This document shows positions 8,364-11,430 of a stretch of 11,430 bases of DNA, in pieces. This DNA is from Amoeboradix gromovi X-113 (taxonomy: Eukaryota > Fungi > Sanchytriomycota), in the NCBI GenBank assembly GCA_018985225.1, contig JADGIF010000297.1, positions 1 to 11,430 on the forward strand, in the 5' to 3' direction. The position numbers were made by a program, and so were the translations under genes. How positions within the stretch are numbered: position 1 is the stretch's first letter; every line of letters starts with the position of its first letter. The notes below the pieces were generated by a model, which made no database searches, was not told the origin of the DNA, and saw nothing but the letters and a program-made list of their open reading frames with translations.

Positions 8364-9497
8364 ATGATTTCATATATCCCGCTCTTCCTTGCATACGTTG
8401 CACTGGGATTTAGATTCTTTACCAACTTCTCGATTAGATTTATGGGTATACCACCGCAGCAAGTACAATATTTAAGCAGTTTAATGAAGATTACTTGGTG
8501 CTTCAAATTCGTGTTTGGGTATATGGTAGACAAATTGAACCACAATTTCAAGGCGTGGTTAATTTTTAGCTCCCTTTTGGGTTTACTTGGCTACTGTTTA
8601 TGTATTTTTGAAAAGAATATAATTTACACTGTTTCAGGTCTAAGTTTAGTCAATCTTAGCATGACTCTTTCTGATATTGTCATCGATGCTTGTATGGTTG
8701 TTTTAAATCAACAGTCAAATATCTCATCTTCTCAGATACAACCATACGGATGGGTCTCCTTGTATTTTGGTATCTTTTTAGGGTATTTCATTGGCGGCTT
8801 TTTGCACGATTTTCCTAATTTGTATCATATTTGGATGCTTGCGCCCTCTATAACTTTTGTGTGCTCTTTCTTTCTTCCAAAATATGTTTCTAAAGCTCAG
8901 CCGATGTCCCTTAAATACAGTAATGTCATCATTAATAATAGAACAACTGGTCTCGTTTGCTTTCTGTTGTTTTCAAGGATGGCGCCATCTTACGCTGTTG
9001 GATTAGACTTGTACAGAAATAAAGTTGGTATCAAAATCAACAACATATCTTGGTCAAAAGCAGCTGGTGCTCTATCAGCTATGCTCTCCGTTTTTGGACA
9101 CAAATTCTTATTTTCAAAGATTAGTCTTTTGTATCAAGCAATTTTAATTCAAATTCTGCATGTTCTATTATGTGTGCTGGACTATCTTACACTTGAATTC
9201 ATAGAAGTATACTATATGGTGATTGTAGACTGCTTAGATCAAGTCTGTACTGCATTGTATATGCTTTTAGTCATGATATATGCCATGTCTATATGCCCGA
9301 ATGGGTATGAAGCATTTTATCTATCTTTGATAATGACCATGTACAATGTTGGCAATGAACTATCAGAACTCCTAGGTGGATTTGAATTTAATTTGTTAGA
9401 AATTGACTCTTCTTTCGATAATCTACATTATTCTATAATAATAAAAGGCATTTGGGTTGTCACCAGTTGTTTCTTGTTGTGTACGTTATTGAAATAA
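8364..9497 (+). CDS. MFS transporter, probably BT1 (folate-biopterin transporter) family
   Basis: Multi-pass membrane protein. TWCFKFVFGYMVD (cf. PWxxKPxxGxxSD), SDIVIDACMV (cf. DVxxDAxxV), SQIQPYGW and ICPNGYEAFYLSLIMTMYNVG (cf. LCPxGxEAxxFAxLMSxxN) match recalled BT1 motifs. Confidence 0.8.
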   Translation: MISYIPLFLAYVALGFRFFTNFSIRFMGIPPQQVQYLSSLMKITWCFKFVFGYMVDKLNHNFKAWLIFSSLLGLLGYCLCIFEKNIIYTVSGLSLVNLSMTLSDIVIDACMVVLNQQSNISSSQIQPYGWVSLYFGIFLGYFIGGFLHDFPNLYHIWMLAPSITFVCSFFLPKYVSKAQPMSLKYSNVIINNRTTGLVCFLLFSRMAPSYAVGLDLYRNKVGIKINNISWSKAAGALSAMLSVFGHKFLFSKISLLYQAILIQILHVLLCVLDYLTLEFIEVYYMVIVDCLDQVCTALYMLLVMIYAMSICPNGYEAFYLSLIMTMYNVGNELSELLGGFEFNLLEIDSSFDNLHYSIIIKGIWVVTSCFLLCTLLK

Positions 9498-9646
9498 TTT
9501 TTAAAACATGCTCTTTCCTGCGAGCCTCAAAATAAATTGGTGCGTACTCAGCAAATTTTGTATTTTTATGGCAGTTCTTGCTCTAATTGTTGTAGTTATC
9601 ATAATTGCTATATTTCACTAATACGTCAGTAAATACATAATTTTTG

Positions 9647-10759
9647 ATGCTTGGAGAACTTCAAAAGTATTATGCAAACAATTTCCCGACAGAGCTGTTT
9701 TATGAATGGCTAAGTTATGGCAGTAAAACTTACTTCCTTAATCGAGAATTTTCTTTTACTTTGCACAATGATGTTTATATCAGATTTTTGAATTTCAAGG
9801 ATTCGAATCAATTAAAATTGGCTTTGCAAACTCAATCCCCAATTAAGATCGACATTGGAGCTGTCTATAATGACCAGCCTAAAAACAAGAAGATGCAAAA
9901 ACTGATTGCTAAAGAAAAAGAACTGGTTTTCGATTTGGATTTAAGCGACTATGATGAAGTGAGGACCTGCTGTATTGGTGCTACTTGCTGTAATATATGT
10001 TGGGAATATATTAGGATTGCTTTAAAGGTTATCAAAACAGGATTAGAAAATGATTTTGGGTTACGCAACCTTTTGTTTGTTTATAGTGGTCGCAGAGGTG
10101 TTCATATCTGGGTTTGCGACAAAAGAGCTAGGCTGCTGTCTGATCACGTTCGCTCTGCTGTTATGAATTATTTCTCAGTCGTTCAGGGCGGTGCTGACAT
10201 GGTTAAAAAGGTGAGGCTAGGTAGAAAGATTCATCCCAGCATATCTCGGTCTGCTAATATAATCAAAAAAGTATTTTTCAAAGTGTTGGATGATCAGAAA
10301 ACCTTTGAGAATGAAGATCAGATTCAAAGAATTCTCCTGTTAAGGGAAGAGTCGCTTAGAGAGAGCATTAAGGATGCCATCCGTATCCAGGGATCGCTAG
10401 AACAGAAATGGAATGCATTAGTAGATGGTCTGGAACCCCATCAAAAAATGGAGATAATGCTGCAGTATACATATCCCAGGTTAGATGTTAATGTTAGTAC
10501 TAAAATGAATCATTTGCTAAAGGCGCCATTTTGCGTGCATCCAAAGACAGGTAGAATATGTTTGCCCATCTGGGATATTGACTCTTTTGATCCTACTCAT
10601 TGTTTAACAGTTGACAAGGCAAACGAGTCGCCAGAGCTGCTGAAGAAGCAGCTAATTTTGTTTCAAACATTTGTGAGTAACCTGGCTGATCAAAAACACG
10701 AGCGGGAAAAAAGAGTAAAAATGACGATGAACAACGAGGATGTGGATATGACGTACTAG
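9647..10759 (+). CDS. PRI1: DNA primase small (catalytic) subunit
   Basis: NREFSFTL, PIKIDIGAVY, KELVFDLDLSDYDEVRTCC, YSGRRGVHIWVCD and YPRLDVNVSTKMNHLLKAPFCVHPKTGRIC. The ATG is at 9647; the track start is TTG. Confidence 0.97.
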   Translation: MLGELQKYYANNFPTELFYEWLSYGSKTYFLNREFSFTLHNDVYIRFLNFKDSNQLKLALQTQSPIKIDIGAVYNDQPKNKKMQKLIAKEKELVFDLDLSDYDEVRTCCIGATCCNICWEYIRIALKVIKTGLENDFGLRNLLFVYSGRRGVHIWVCDKRARLLSDHVRSAVMNYFSVVQGGADMVKKVRLGRKIHPSISRSANIIKKVFFKVLDDQKTFENEDQIQRILLLREESLRESIKDAIRIQGSLEQKWNALVDGLEPHQKMEIMLQYTYPRLDVNVSTKMNHLLKAPFCVHPKTGRICLPIWDIDSFDPTHCLTVDKANESPELLKKQLILFQTFVSNLADQKHEREKRVKMTMNNEDVDMTY

Positions 10760-10929
10760 TAAATGTATTTTTAAGAACCTTAACATGAAATAGATTCCCA
10801 CCGTAAAAACTGGACTAATTGCTTCGGAGGTTCTTAAACTATCAAAAATATTAGTCAAAGTAACTCCCCTATCATTTCTTCTCCAAAAACTTGGTCTTTT
10901 ATATCGCTTACCAACTACTTTATGACTTT

Positions 10930-11328
10930 GAGATAATGCTCATTTTATTTTAGCCATTTTGAAATTGCGTGGGCACAGTAGCTACTTCCATTTCACAAAA
11001 TAATGTATAGATTACCATCAAGTATTTACTGTACATTTACCAAAAATTTAGCGAAATAAACGACGTTTACTACCTTTATCAAATATGTGCTGATACATAT
11101 CTCAGTAGCATCCTGACTATGTAGTTGACAGTATCAGGTAAGTAGCTACTATTAATCTTAAAAAGAATTTCGTCTCAAATAGTTCCTTCTTATCATTGAT
11201 TGCAAATAGTCAATATCGTCTCATCTTCAATACTTCAGATCTAAAAAGATCGCTAATAGATAGAGATCATGCTTTTCCTCAGGAGCCATCCGATATCTCT
11301 TAACACCAGCAAAAAGGTTCTTATACAA
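10930..11328 (-). pseudogene. Possible decayed hAT-like transposase remnant
   Basis: Minus strand 11328-11227 translates LYKNLFAGVKRYRMAPEEKHDLYLLAIFLDLKY*, resembling the hAT motif (KR...D-x-Y-x-LA-x-FL-[DH]-P-[RK]-[YF]). Downstream there are stops/frameshifts and a weak MAKIK segment near 10943-10958. Confidence 0.35.
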
Positions 11329-11338
11329 TCTACATTAT

Positions 11339-11430
11339 GTGGGACACCAAATATAAAAACTAGACTAACTCGTTTTTAAAGGAGGTGCTCCATACGGAGG
11401 AAATGCTATCATTAATAAAAGATCTTCTTC
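11339..11430 (-). repeat. Copy B (inverted) of the 151-238 repeat; runs off the window edge
   Basis: The reverse complement reads gaagaagatcttttattaatgatagcatttcctccgtatggagcacctcctttaaaaacgagttagtctagtttttatatttggtgtcccac. In the frame equivalent to the left ORF it encodes RRSFINDSISSVWSTSFKNELV* (TAG at 11362-11360). Confidence 0.95.

Noticed and set aside
9420-9431. 12-nt match (AATCTACATTAT) to the flank next to copy B (11327-11338), as a possible guide target in the BT1 gene
   Set aside because: The match is short and AT-rich, and its core CTACATTA also occurs at two intron ends. It cannot be distinguished from chance without a known TAM.
2122-10858. Short track ORFs at 2122, 3170, 3983, 4225, 4249, 4578, 4828, 5412, 5482, 6275, 6758, 7602, 8354 and 10652
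   Set aside because: They are antisense or out-of-frame overlaps of better-supported genes and show no recognisable motifs.
1-11430. Nanochromosome/telomere, or TIRs of a single giant transposon
   Set aside because: There are no telomeric tandem repeats, the repeat overlaps a coding fragment that runs off the edge, and the interior is ordinary housekeeping genes with no intact transposase.
1-11430. CRISPR array, tRNA or rRNA genes
   Set aside because: I saw no regularly spaced direct repeats and no cloverleaf or rRNA signatures.

Overview
A eukaryotic, fungal-like, AT-rich and very gene-dense window. It holds ten protein genes: a YEA4/SLC35B4-type nucleotide-sugar transporter, an AlkB-family dioxygenase, a class-3 lipase, an Erf2/ZDHHC9-like palmitoyltransferase, adenylate kinase, Rho1, a small basic eL28-like protein, a Ste12-like transcription factor, a BT1-family folate/biopterin transporter and the primase small subunit. 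Several ORF-track fragments join into full genes through five ultra-short (19-22 nt) GT-AG introns. Both window ends carry the same ~90-nt sequence in inverted orientation (151-238 vs 11339-11430). The left copy overlaps the end of an ORF fragment absent from the track (3-200), whose CxxC...RD...IL motif resembles the zinc-finger/RuvC-III end of TnpB/Fanzor RNA-guided nucleases. The shared segment forms hairpins and then diverges abruptly, as expected for an omegaRNA scaffold followed by a flank-derived guide. The right copy adjoins a possible decayed hAT-like transposase fragment. All assignments come from motif reading; no database searches were run.
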